Part shown: positions 48,626 to 57,457 of the stretch, piece after piece
Layout of the letters: the number at the start of each line of letters is the position of its first letter
How positions within the stretch are numbered: position 1 is the stretch's first letter
From: a virus
Direction: 5' to 3' (one strand)
Virus record (IMG/VR): IMGVR_UViG_3300037583_000003
Coordinates: 29,183-93,182 of that record
Length of the DNA: 64,000 nucleotides
The notes under the pieces: generated by a model
What the model was told of the DNA's origin: nothing
What the model saw: only the letters and a program-made list of their open reading frames with translations
Databases searched by the model: none
Position numbers and translations under genes: made by a program

Positions 48626-48980
48626 CGTACACCTCCTCTACCTTAAACAGGAAGTTACCACTGTTCACAGTAACACAGTCAACTACGATCTTATACAGTG
48701 GTCTACTGTAGTACCTATCAGCTTTAGACCCTTTATCTACTTCTAGTCCAGCTAGTTCAGCTTCTGTTAACGTAAGCTCTACCTTACCACTTAGTAAGTC
48801 TATAGCAACCATAGGCTTAGTGAGTACTTCTGAGCTATCACTTAGTAATAGTAACGACATAGTGAACGTGTCACCAGCTACTATTTCCATAGGTAGTGTA
48901 GAGTCATTCTGTTTGATTACAAACGTATACACGTTGTCTCTACCCCTAGTCAGAGTAAACTTATTTAGATTACAGCTCAT
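48618..48980 (-). CDS. BppU-like tail adaptor domain protein
   Basis: LTRGRDNVYTFVIK...GKVELTLTEAE pattern. Confidence 0.45.
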   Translation of the reverse strand: MSCNLNKFTLTRGRDNVYTFVIKQNDSTLPMEIVAGDTFTMSLLLLSDSSEVLTKPMVAIDLLSGKVELTLTEAELAGLEVDKGSKADRYYSRPLYKIVVDCVTVNSGNFLFKVEEVYVD

Positions 48981-49037
48981 GTTACACCTCAGTAGTTATA
49001 GTGAAAGACTCACCTTAGTAAGCCTTTCGTATACCCA

Positions 49038-49541
49038 CTATCGTACGTAGGAGATTGTGTAACGTCTACGCATTACACTCTTATTGAGCCCAGTCTTATG
49101 ATCTACTAAGTGTTGCAAGATCATAATCTCTTTAAGGGTGTCTATGTGTCCTTGCATAACAGAAACAGGGATGTTCAACGGTAGTACCACTGTACCTAAG
49201 TCGAAGTACAAGTTACCACAACTTGGCTCACAAGTAGTTGTCATTGTATTCATTGTAGGGTCGTTATCTGTAATTTCCACTACAACAGTAGTCCTAGCTG
49301 CTTTCTCTGCAATCCTAGCTCGTTCACGTATAGTACGCTTAACCTTAGCTGCTTTGTTGTCCTGAGCTTTGAATAACGCAGTACCTTCTAAGTTAATATC
49401 AGAGATAGCAACCTCATCTTTGTTTTCTTCAGCTTCGTACTTAGCTTCAATCTTCTCTTTCAATTTAGCAGCACTAATATTGGGTGAGTGTGATATTCCT
49501 AAGTCTTTTGCTTCTTTCTTTAAATCTTTTAAATCTTCCAT
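49038..49541 (-). CDS. N4 gp55-like protein
   Basis: LKKEAKDLGISHSPNISAAKLKEKI helical N-terminus; directly downstream of the capsid gene. Confidence 0.7.
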   Translation of the reverse strand: MEDLKDLKKEAKDLGISHSPNISAAKLKEKIEAKYEAEENKDEVAISDINLEGTALFKAQDNKAAKVKRTIRERARIAEKAARTTVVVEITDNDPTMNTMTTTCEPSCGNLYFDLGTVVLPLNIPVSVMQGHIDTLKEIMILQHLVDHKTGLNKSVMRRRYTISYVR

Positions 49542-49583
49542 CGTCTAAGCCTTTATAGGTTATTTAGTTTGTGTTCGTTTTGT

Positions 49584-49592
49584 ATTATATCA
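49584..49592 (-). promoter_or_regulatory. extended -10 promoter
   Basis: TGATATAAT just downstream of the capsid terminator. Confidence 0.55.
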
Positions 49593-49621
49593 CCGTATAG
49601 GATTTCTTACACCCTTAACGT

Positions 49622-49650
49622 AAAAAGTCCCAGTATTTCTACTAGGACTT
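49622..49650 (-). terminator. rho-independent terminator after major capsid gene
   Basis: AAGTCCTAGTA-GAAA-TACTGGGAC-TTTTT. Confidence 0.85.
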
Positions 49651-49670
49651 CTATGGTTTACCTAACTAGC

Positions 49671-50897
49671 TTACTTTTCAGCAGCTACTAAGACTTTTAA
49701 CAGCTTCTCAGGCTCTAAGATAATCCCAGCATAAAACATATTATACGAGAAGAATCCTTGGTTAGCATAAGGGTTATTACGATCAACTTCTTGTGGGGAC
49801 ATAGAGTTGAAAGCGATTTTACCTCTACCTTTAAGACCTAGGGTAGCAAATGCACCTTGAGTCGGGAAAAGGATGGGATGTACATCAAAGTAACTACCAG
49901 CAGTTGAACTAGTACCACGTCCCTCAGTTGCAGCAACGTCTGTACCAAAAGTAGTAAACGCTAAGTTACCGTTGTAACCAACAGGAACTTCTGCACCTTC
50001 ACCAGCGTACACGACTGCTCGTGGAGACTCGATGAAACGTACCTTGTGCAATGAACCAATCTCACCTTCCATCAACGTAGAAGCATTTGCATACTCTTCA
50101 GGTTGCTTGAATGCGAATTGACGCTCATAACTAGTACCACGAGTAATAGTCTCAAGGGTAGCCGTTACAGCTTCACCTACGATAGCACAGTAAGAAGGAG
50201 CAATAGGCTGAGTTCCAACCTTAGTAGAACCTACAACCATCTCTTTATTCTTCTTAGCTCGGTTACGAACCAACTTACGTGATGCTTTACGTATTAGGTC
50301 ATAAGATACCACCCAGTCATCATCTTCAGTACCATCAGCAGCGATACCATCAGCCATTGTTGCCTTACTAGATCCAGTACCAGCGTACTGAACAGTAGGA
50401 GTTTCTAACATGTTCATCTGAATTAAATCTTCATAACGAACGTTAGCCAACTCACCTAACTTCATACGATACTCTACCTGCATCAAGTCTTCAGAGAACA
50501 ACAATACTTCATCAGAATACTTAATCAACTCACCGTAGCGAACCAACTTAGTACTTACTGTGACTTTCTCTAAAGTCTGATGGTTAACGTCACCTGCTCC
50601 TTCGTCTAACTTAGCAGTAAGCAACGAAGCAGACACATCCATAGCTGTACGGTTAGTGATATAGCCTTTTTCCCTGAACTCCTGGTTTGACTCTAACCCT
50701 TTACGATCATAAATATTCAAGATCTTAGAGGTCTTAAACTCTTTACCAGTCTGGTTTAGCATAGATCGCTTATCTGCGAATTGTTGATAAATATTCACTT
50801 CTGTTGCAGCTTTAATACCTGCAATATCGTAGTAGTGAACTTTAGTGTTCTCACCAATTGAAGCGTTAGTGCCTTCATTGTACATTTGAGTAGCCAT
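49671..50897 (-). CDS. major capsid protein (N4 gp56 family)
   Basis: 408 aa; LDEGAGDVN, GSTKVGT, GEIGSLHKVRFI, DVHPIL, NPYANQGFFSY. Confidence 0.9.
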   Translation of the reverse strand: MATQMYNEGTNASIGENTKVHYYDIAGIKAATEVNIYQQFADKRSMLNQTGKEFKTSKILNIYDRKGLESNQEFREKGYITNRTAMDVSASLLTAKLDEGAGDVNHQTLEKVTVSTKLVRYGELIKYSDEVLLFSEDLMQVEYRMKLGELANVRYEDLIQMNMLETPTVQYAGTGSSKATMADGIAADGTEDDDWVVSYDLIRKASRKLVRNRAKKNKEMVVGSTKVGTQPIAPSYCAIVGEAVTATLETITRGTSYERQFAFKQPEEYANASTLMEGEIGSLHKVRFIESPRAVVYAGEGAEVPVGYNGNLAFTTFGTDVAATEGRGTSSTAGSYFDVHPILFPTQGAFATLGLKGRGKIAFNSMSPQEVDRNNPYANQGFFSYNMFYAGIILEPEKLLKVLVAAEK

Positions 50898-50933
50898 GTT
50901 ATTTCCTTTTATCTAATCAGTTTAGTTTATACA

Positions 50934-52148
50934 TCATAGACCTAACCCTGCAAACCATTCATCGAACCCTTCTTCAGAGTCGTCTGGTAGGTCGTAAGTA
51001 GACTTGCCAGTAGCTGCCGTTTTAGTTGTGACAGCTGCCTTGCGTTTAGCCGAAGCTTTCTTCTTACTTTCCCTAGTCGCTTCTTGAGCTTTTAACTCCT
51101 TAGCTTTAGTATCACTAGCAACCTTGTCAGCTTCTAGTTTATCCTTAGCTTTTTCAGCAACTACTCTTGCAGCTTGTTCGGTCTTTAATAGTCCTTCAGA
51201 GTATTCCCTAGCTGCCATACCATAGTATTCTAGGTCAGACTTGTCATTTCCACCGAAAACTTTTAACTTATCTGCGATAGGTTGTAGTTTCCCATATAGA
51301 CCACTTTTCACATCATTGTGTAACAGTCTAATAGTATCTGGATCTGCACTCATAGTTTCCCATGATTTGTCATCCCACTTACTAGATAAGACAGATTCGG
51401 TAATACCGTACTCTGGGTCATGTTTGATACCTTCAATAATATCTTTAACATCCAGAGCTTTATCGTCTCTACCATACTCCTTGGCTTCATACTTGCTGTC
51501 TTCTGCATCTAAATCGAGAGCATCTACGCCTGTTCTCCTCAGTACCTCTGACATCGCATCTTTGTTACCCTTCAGCACATCAATCATTAAGTTCATATCT
51601 TTTGGTGTTAGCTTCTCAGTTTCCATTGCATCAATGATTTTACGCCAAGGCTTAATCACCTGCATCTTCTTCGTATAGTCCACTGCTTTACCGAAGACTT
51701 CTGGAAACTTCTCCATAATCTCCTCTTCAGTGAACTCGTAGTCAACACCACTAGCTCTAACTTTAATGTTACTTGCTGGTTGTACTTCTTCATCCTTAGT
51801 GTCCGCTTCGTCTTCTGAGCTACCTTCCTCTTCGTTGGTGTCTCCGTCAAGATCACCATCTTCAGTATCAGACTCTGATTCTTCAGCATCCACTTCGTCT
51901 TCTGTAGTACTGGAACTATGGGTAGAGTCCTCTTCAGGTTGTTCTACTGAACCGCTAGATCCTGGACTTTCATCCGCTTCTTCTGTACCTAAGTCATCAT
52001 TAACTTCAGTACCTAAATCTTCACCACTTTCAGCTTCGGTATCTTCTACCTCACTGTTGTTTGACCCTTCTCTTTGCATAGCACTAAATGCTGCATCGTA
52101 CTCAGAGTCACTCATGTCGTATAACTCATCTGCTGTAGGAGCACTCAT
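50934..52148 (-). CDS. N4 gp57-like protein (putative scaffold)
   Basis: Acidic disordered N-terminus; VRASG...DYTKKMQVIKPWRK; upstream of the capsid gene. Confidence 0.75.
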   Translation of the reverse strand: MSAPTADELYDMSDSEYDAAFSAMQREGSNNSEVEDTEAESGEDLGTEVNDDLGTEEADESPGSSGSVEQPEEDSTHSSSTTEDEVDAEESESDTEDGDLDGDTNEEEGSSEDEADTKDEEVQPASNIKVRASGVDYEFTEEEIMEKFPEVFGKAVDYTKKMQVIKPWRKIIDAMETEKLTPKDMNLMIDVLKGNKDAMSEVLRRTGVDALDLDAEDSKYEAKEYGRDDKALDVKDIIEGIKHDPEYGITESVLSSKWDDKSWETMSADPDTIRLLHNDVKSGLYGKLQPIADKLKVFGGNDKSDLEYYGMAAREYSEGLLKTEQAARVVAEKAKDKLEADKVASDTKAKELKAQEATRESKKKASAKRKAAVTTKTAATGKSTYDLPDDSEEGFDEWFAGLGL

Positions 52149-52151
52149 AGG

Positions 52152-52475
52152 TTAACTCCCAGCTGGACTTGCAATAGACTCATCTAAGTCTTCAAATCCT
52201 GTTTCTTCATCGTCTACCTGAGCACCCATAGCATGGATAGTTAACAAGTACTGTTGGAATCCACTGATACCTACTAGTACCTCAAATAACTCGTTACGTG
52301 TACCAGCTTTCTTTACATGAGCCGTTGACAACATACTAGTCACATTAGCTGCTCTATCCCTTAAGTACCCATCTATAATAACTCGCTTAAACGCTGGGTT
52401 ATTATTTAGTGAATCTAAGTCACTTGACATCTGCTTGAAATATTGTGCTTGTTCATCTGCTTCTCGGTTGCTCAT
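52152..52475 (-). CDS. N4 gp58-like protein
   Basis: LNNNPAFKRVIIDGYL motif; synteny. Confidence 0.7.
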   Translation of the reverse strand: MSNREADEQAQYFKQMSSDLDSLNNNPAFKRVIIDGYLRDRAANVTSMLSTAHVKKAGTRNELFEVLVGISGFQQYLLTIHAMGAQVDDEETGFEDLDESIASPAGS

Positions 52476-52546
52476 ATTCGAGTCCCTTACATTAGTTAAT
52501 TTATTAGTTTGTTACTTTCGTCATAACCCTATCGGTTACATCCCGT

Positions 52547-52576
52547 AGTATAACTAACTACCTATATAGCTGTCAA
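52547..52576 (-). promoter_or_regulatory. sigma70-type promoter for the capsid operon
   Basis: TTGACA-18 nt-TATACT. Confidence 0.7.
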
Positions 52577-52837
52577 CTATACCATCATTGATTCAGCTAG
52601 TCCTGCTGGTTGTTGTGGTTGTCCTTGTTGAGCTACTAGCAACTCTATAGCTTGCTGGATAAGTTCAACTGGGATACCTTGCTCCACTAGCTCTTCTGGT
52701 GATGCTCCTTGAAGTAACATATCAGCTACAGCTTCTACTGTTATCTCTGTTCTGCCAGTTGGTTGTCCTGCCATCTTACCAGCTAAACCTTGACCCATAC
52801 CATCCATCATATTAGTATCCTCTACCGTTACTTTCAC
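52577..52837 (-). CDS. hypothetical protein
   Basis: 86 aa in the head module. Confidence 0.6.
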   Translation of the reverse strand: MKVTVEDTNMMDGMGQGLAGKMAGQPTGRTEITVEAVADMLLQGASPEELVEQGIPVELIQQAIELLVAQQGQPQQPAGLAESMMV

Positions 52838-53102
52838 TATAACCTTTTAAATCATCTACAGCACCTAACCTCTCAGCTTCTGACAGTCCTTGTAGCTCCT
52901 GTTCTCTACTCATTCTACCTCTTGGTTGCACTAGGCTAGAAGCTAGCCCTTGTGGGGACTCTAGGTCACCGTACTTAGACATAAGTGTTTTAAACCTCTG
53001 CTCTATACCAACCTTCCTAGCATTAGCTTCTAGACTTGCAGCTAATCCATCTTGTCTCTTTCTAGTCAGACCACTAACTACACTCTCATCATACAACCCC
53101 AT
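52812..53102 (-). CDS. hypothetical protein
   Basis: 96 aa; coupled to portal stop. Confidence 0.6.
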   Translation of the reverse strand: MGLYDESVVSGLTRKRQDGLAASLEANARKVGIEQRFKTLMSKYGDLESPQGLASSLVQPRGRMSREQELQGLSEAERLGAVDDLKGYSESNGRGY

Positions 53103-55066
53103 TAGTCTAGTACTCCAAGTTGTTCATTAGGTCCACCATACATCTTTTGGAAAGCTAGAGCATCTAGTTCAGTACTCCTCTTCAGTTCAGCTAACTCTAG
53201 CTTCTCTTTATGTGCCATACCTTCATCTTCTTTTATAAAGTTTAGGTCAGCTAAGTCACTATCACTTTCTAGTTTTCTAGCTTTACCTATCTCTACAGCA
53301 GTCTTAGCATCTTTAAGTCTACTATCTGCTTCATCTTCACTAGCTCTTCCCATATTCCTAGCTATCTCAGATGCAAGCTTCTTATTCTCTAGCTCTAGCT
53401 TCTGAATCTCTAACTCTTTAACCTTCTCCTCTAATGGATCTGGTTTACTCTCATAAGACCTCATCCGTTTAGCTTGTTCAGGTAAACCTTTCAAGTCCAT
53501 AATCTCTGCCATTAACTCTCTACGTATCTCAGGGTCTTCACTAGGACCTAATGTTTGTAGTAAGAAACTTAACTCTTGGCTCTTAACATTGTTGTCTTCA
53601 GCAGTAGATACTTGTATAGCTATGTCTATTTGCCCGCTAAGATCATCCCTTCTAATAGGTATGAACTCATCATTAGTAACCCTAACTACTTCCTCATCGC
53701 TAAGGAACTCAGCATTGTAAGCCATCCACTTACGCATAATAGGTTTAATTAAATTCTCAGCTATACTCCTAACTATATTCATACGTCTGGTGGATGTAGC
53801 ATCTAACACTCCTCTCACACCAGTAGCACTGCCAGCTAGTGATCCACCATTAATACCATCACTGAACGATTTAGTAGCTGTGATACTCTCTATCTCGTTA
53901 TTCATCAAACCTAGCATATCGAATGCACTTCTAGGCATTTGGTTATATTGTCCGTACCAGAAGTCAGCAGGAGAACCATTAAACTCAAAGTTCTTACCTG
54001 CTAACCACCTCTTCGTATTAATAGCATCTAGAGCACCTTTCTTAACTCCAACTTGTCCATTGTTAGACTGTGCCATATCATCTATCATTCCACGAATAAT
54101 AGCAGTTTTAATCTTCTGGTTATCCCCTATGAACTCAGCGTTAGCCTCTCCATACAGGTGGAAAGGTATAGCATTAAACGGAGCAGCTACGAAAGGTATA
54201 CCACCTCCAGGGTAAGGGTTAGCTTCCATACGTATAATAGTATCATTGACCCATATACAAACTATAGGTTCAGCTATGCCATCCTCGTTAACATCGTAGT
54301 TACCCCAGTACTCATGTACAATTAACTTCTTACGTGACTTGTCAGAGAATTTAAACTCTGTTGTATCCTCGGAGAAGTAATCAGATGCATTTATATCACC
54401 TGAGTCTTTTACTTTATCTAAATTCTTGTTACGCTTATCTTGTCTAAGTGTAGATAGATCTGATTCATACCTACAAACAACAAACTGAGCTTTATTAATA
54501 TCACCTTGACAAGTAGGATCTACGTAGATGTCTTCGTTTCTACGGATTACTGCTGTAGGATGATTCTTCTTAACTACTATCTCATCTACTTCTTGCATTT
54601 CAAAGTAGTAAGTACCGTTGTCATCAGAGACTACAACCTCTTTCTCTACCTTAGTTACCTCTTCTTGATATTCCCAACCAGTTTGCACAACTACTGTTCC
54701 CTCTATGTCTAGTATCTTAACTGCATTAGTCATAAAGTTAAATCTATCAAACTGTCTAGTGAACTGTGTATTTAATAGAAGTTCATTCTGCCTAGCTGCT
54801 TTAACATCCTCGAAGGTTACAGGACTACACTTTACAATGTCATCAGAACTAACAAACGTAGCTACGATAGTTGCATGTTGCCACTCACTCTGTTTCTTTA
54901 TATCCCTAGATACTATAGAGGATTTACCTACTTCCTCATTACCATAAGGTCTACCATCGTATGCAGCCTTCCACTCTCTAATCTTAGCGTCCTGCTGGAG
55001 CTTAAGGGGTTCTGCTGCTTTTATGTCGGCTTTCAATGCCTGTAACAATTTACCTTTACTTACCAT
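53102..55066 (-). CDS. portal protein (N4 gp59 family)
   Basis: SSIVSRDIKKQSEW, EDVKAARQNELLLN, EYWG, IDDMAQSNNGQ, STAEDNNVKSQELSFLLQTLGP. Confidence 0.9.
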   Translation of the reverse strand: MVSKGKLLQALKADIKAAEPLKLQQDAKIREWKAAYDGRPYGNEEVGKSSIVSRDIKKQSEWQHATIVATFVSSDDIVKCSPVTFEDVKAARQNELLLNTQFTRQFDRFNFMTNAVKILDIEGTVVVQTGWEYQEEVTKVEKEVVVSDDNGTYYFEMQEVDEIVVKKNHPTAVIRRNEDIYVDPTCQGDINKAQFVVCRYESDLSTLRQDKRNKNLDKVKDSGDINASDYFSEDTTEFKFSDKSRKKLIVHEYWGNYDVNEDGIAEPIVCIWVNDTIIRMEANPYPGGGIPFVAAPFNAIPFHLYGEANAEFIGDNQKIKTAIIRGMIDDMAQSNNGQVGVKKGALDAINTKRWLAGKNFEFNGSPADFWYGQYNQMPRSAFDMLGLMNNEIESITATKSFSDGINGGSLAGSATGVRGVLDATSTRRMNIVRSIAENLIKPIMRKWMAYNAEFLSDEEVVRVTNDEFIPIRRDDLSGQIDIAIQVSTAEDNNVKSQELSFLLQTLGPSEDPEIRRELMAEIMDLKGLPEQAKRMRSYESKPDPLEEKVKELEIQKLELENKKLASEIARNMGRASEDEADSRLKDAKTAVEIGKARKLESDSDLADLNFIKEDEGMAHKEKLELAELKRSTELDALAFQKMYGGPNEQLGVLD

Positions 55067-55077
55067 ATAAGACCTAT

Positions 55078-55458
55078 TTATCTATTAAAGAAGTATGCAC
55101 TAGCACCAACTGCTGCTGTTATGATGGCTGTAATAACTGACCATCCTACCTTACTAGCAATATTTGCAGCTACTGCGTTCTTACTTATTACTTTTTCTAG
55201 GTCTGTTAGTCTATTACCTTGACCTTCTTGTCGTGACGACATTAACTCTATTGCTTTAGTATTACCTGAAACCAGTGCTCTAGTTGTTTCTTCACCATGA
55301 GCCATATTGTTCTTTAACAACTTGTGATCTGTTTGCATATCTACTAAGTTACTTGTAGCCCTACTTAGCTCACCTATAGACTTAACTACGGTCTTCAAGT
55401 CCATCTCTAGTTGTACAGCTAATCGCTCTATTCTGTCTAAACGTTCTGTTTGTGGCAT
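55078..55458 (-). CDS. coiled-coil protein with C-terminal membrane anchor
   Basis: 126 aa; heptads followed by a hydrophobic C-terminus; next to lysis genes. Confidence 0.6.
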   Translation of the reverse strand: MPQTERLDRIERLAVQLEMDLKTVVKSIGELSRATSNLVDMQTDHKLLKNNMAHGEETTRALVSGNTKAIELMSSRQEGQGNRLTDLEKVISKNAVAANIASKVGWSVITAIITAAVGASAYFFNR

Positions 55459-55487
55459 GTTAAAGTCCTAAGTTACATTATACGAAG

Positions 55488-55496
55488 ATTATACCA
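55488..55496 (-). promoter_or_regulatory. extended -10 promoter
   Basis: TGGTATAAT upstream of the 55458 gene and portal. Confidence 0.6.
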
Positions 55497-55505
55497 AACC
55501 ACCTA

Positions 55506-55775
55506 TCAGTTAGCTATATACTCTTGCAAATCTTTTATTACACTTACTAATGCCTCTTGTTTGCTGCTACACACCCTGTAGTATTGTACTGTGTATCCAA
55601 GCTCACCTACTATAGTAGAGAAGCTACCGTCTACTGGTGGTGTCAACTCTTTACAAGGACTTAGTAGGTACTCACTCACACTAGGTGGTGTTTTATTTAT
55701 ATAGATCGGAGAGCTTGAGCAACCCACTATCAGTGAGAGTGCAGCTACTACGATCAATCCCTTTAGTACTAACAT
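55506..55775 (-). CDS. o-spanin (Rz1-like lipoprotein)
   Basis: Signal peptide with lipobox LIVG-C; LLSPC...YRVCSSKQEAL; overlaps i-spanin. Confidence 0.8.
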   Translation of the reverse strand: MLVLKGLIVVAALSLIVGCSSSPIYINKTPPSVSEYLLSPCKELTPPVDGSFSTIVGELGYTVQYYRVCSSKQEALVSVIKDLQEYIAN

Positions 55776-56034
55776 ACTTTATAACCTCTTTAACCCTAGG
55801 TACGTATACAATCTCTACCTCTAGTACTTCTTCCATTAACTGTAGCTCTGTGTTACTAAGCTTAGTCTGGACTACTTTAAGTTGTTCCATACCTTCTTCT
55901 ACAGCTTCTTGTACTAGAGCTTCCTGTACTACCTTCTGCTCATTAGTTCCAGCCTTGTATCCATACAAGTAGACTATTACAACTGTAACAACTACTGCTG
56001 CGTACTTTATAGCCTTTACATACTTATGTAACAT
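55693..56034 (-). CDS. i-spanin (Rz-like)
   Basis: N-terminal transmembrane helix, coiled coil, C-terminal Cys. Confidence 0.75.
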   Translation of the reverse strand: MLHKYVKAIKYAAVVVTVVIVYLYGYKAGTNEQKVVQEALVQEAVEEGMEQLKVVQTKLSNTELQLMEEVLEVEIVYVPRVKEVIKYVSTKGIDRSSCTLTDSGLLKLSDLYK

Positions 56035-56260
56035 TACTTCTATCTCCGCCTGTTTGGAAGTAGAATTTCCATAGTCCTACGTACACACCTACAACTGAAG
56101 CGTAACCTAGTATATGCCACTCACTCATCTCTAATATACTGTGAGTGTTATCTCCAGTGAACCACATATGAAACATGTAGAACATATAGGCCATATACGC
56201 CATACCTAGTCTAGGGAACACCCTCCAGTTGTTAAACAACGTATGGTACATAATCTTCAC
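56024..56260 (-). CDS. putative holin
   Basis: WRVFPR followed by two hydrophobic segments; between endolysin and spanins. Confidence 0.55.
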   Translation of the reverse strand: MKIMYHTLFNNWRVFPRLGMAYMAYMFYMFHMWFTGDNTHSILEMSEWHILGYASVVGVYVGLWKFYFQTGGDRSNVT

Positions 56261-56669
56261 TTACTAAACTGTGTACCAATGGTGTAGGGTCTATCCTATG
56301 ACCACCTATGTTCCATACCTCTACATGTACGTGCTCTGTTATACCCTTATAGTACACACCTAAATCCTGAGACTTACCTACTACGCTAGTGGTCGATACT
56401 TTGTCACCTACCTGTACTAGTGGGTCAACGTACATAAGTCGATACCTATAACCCATATTAGTAACCTCTACATACCTTAGATTACTCTTGTTTGGATCAG
56501 CATAAGGCCAACCTATCTTAGTTACAACACCAGATACTACAGACACAACTTCCTCACCTGGAGTAAACTCAACATCTACACCTTCATGTTTACGTCTACC
56601 TCTAGGTGCTTGCCAATGACCTTGACCTTGTGAGTCTGAATCTCTTATCTTACGTCCTTTCCAGCACAT
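56232..56669 (-). CDS. M23-family peptidase, putative endolysin
   Basis: HEGVD (HxxxD) and HVH (HxH) zinc motifs; VQVGDKV. Confidence 0.85.
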   Translation of the reverse strand: MCWKGRKIRDSDSQGQGHWQAPRGRRKHEGVDVEFTPGEEVVSVVSGVVTKIGWPYADPNKSNLRYVEVTNMGYRYRLMYVDPLVQVGDKVSTTSVVGKSQDLGVYYKGITEHVHVEVWNIGGHRIDPTPLVHSLVSEDYVPYVV

Positions 56670-56670
56670 G

Positions 56671-57027
56671 TTAATACCCTTTAAAGTTTATATAGTCCAT
56701 AGGTTTAACCAACCTTCCATATAGTGTAGCGAATGTATAGATAAAGTTAGTTGCTAAGGTACTAACCCCATACTCAACCATAGCCTCGTAGAACTTGTTA
56801 TCACAGTACTTCCTGTTACGTCCAGCGGCTAGTAAGTAGTCATGTAGTAATGCTGCTTCAAGGTAACTAGACACTGGAGGAACTAACCACCAGAATAGTC
56901 TAGGTACAGTACCAAAGTCAGTCACAAAACCTCTCTTAACTACATGGTCAAGAATAACCTCGTCCTCTAAAAGTTCATATCGAGCTTTGCCCCAGATACT
57001 AGAGGGCTTGGTTATTTTAACTTTCAT
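56671..57027 (-). CDS. DUF1353 family protein
   Basis: GFVTDFGTVPR...AALLHDYL...DNKFYEAM. Confidence 0.85.
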   Translation of the reverse strand: MKVKITKPSSIWGKARYELLEDEVILDHVVKRGFVTDFGTVPRLFWWLVPPVSSYLEAALLHDYLLAAGRNRKYCDNKFYEAMVEYGVSTLATNFIYTFATLYGRLVKPMDYINFKGY

Positions 57028-57028
57028 G

Positions 57029-57457
57029 TTACTCCTCCAGTGCGTCTGCTACTGTAGTAAAGATCTTCTGTACTGGCAGGAACAAGTTTATGTACTGGTG
57101 TAATGTCAAGTACCAGCACAAATTATCTGCTACTTGTGTCATGTCCTTCCCTGCCAATAAGACACCGTCAGTCGTAAGTAACGCTTTGAAAGAATCAGGT
57201 TCATTATCCAGATCAGAGAACTCGACAAACATGGTGATGTATCGACCGTCCTCCGAACGCGGGAACTGATAGCCACCGAATACCTCATGCTCTCGCATTG
57301 TTCGATAAGCGATTGTGCCGTCCTCTTTTTCGTACTTAAGGAATTCGGCAGCTAGTGACATGTCTAATACTTCGACTTCATTACCACCAATGGTGACTCT
57401 TTGTGGGCAGACAACTACCCAACTATAATATGCATTGTTTCTATTTTGTCTTTGCAT
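57029..57457 (-). CDS. hypothetical protein (possible chaperone or partner of the upstream receptor-binding protein)
   Basis: 142 aa; abuts 57458-59341 and shares its atypical composition. Confidence 0.6.
   Translation of the reverse strand: MQRQNRNNAYYSWVVVCPQRVTIGGNEVEVLDMSLAAEFLKYEKEDGTIAYRTMREHEVFGGYQFPRSEDGRYITMFVEFSDLDNEPDSFKALLTTDGVLLAGKDMTQVADNLCWYLTLHQYINLFLPVQKIFTTVADALEE

Noticed and set aside
49003-49028. Terminator after the gp55-like gene
   Set aside because: A hairpin is present but lacks a convincing U-tract, so its function is unsupported
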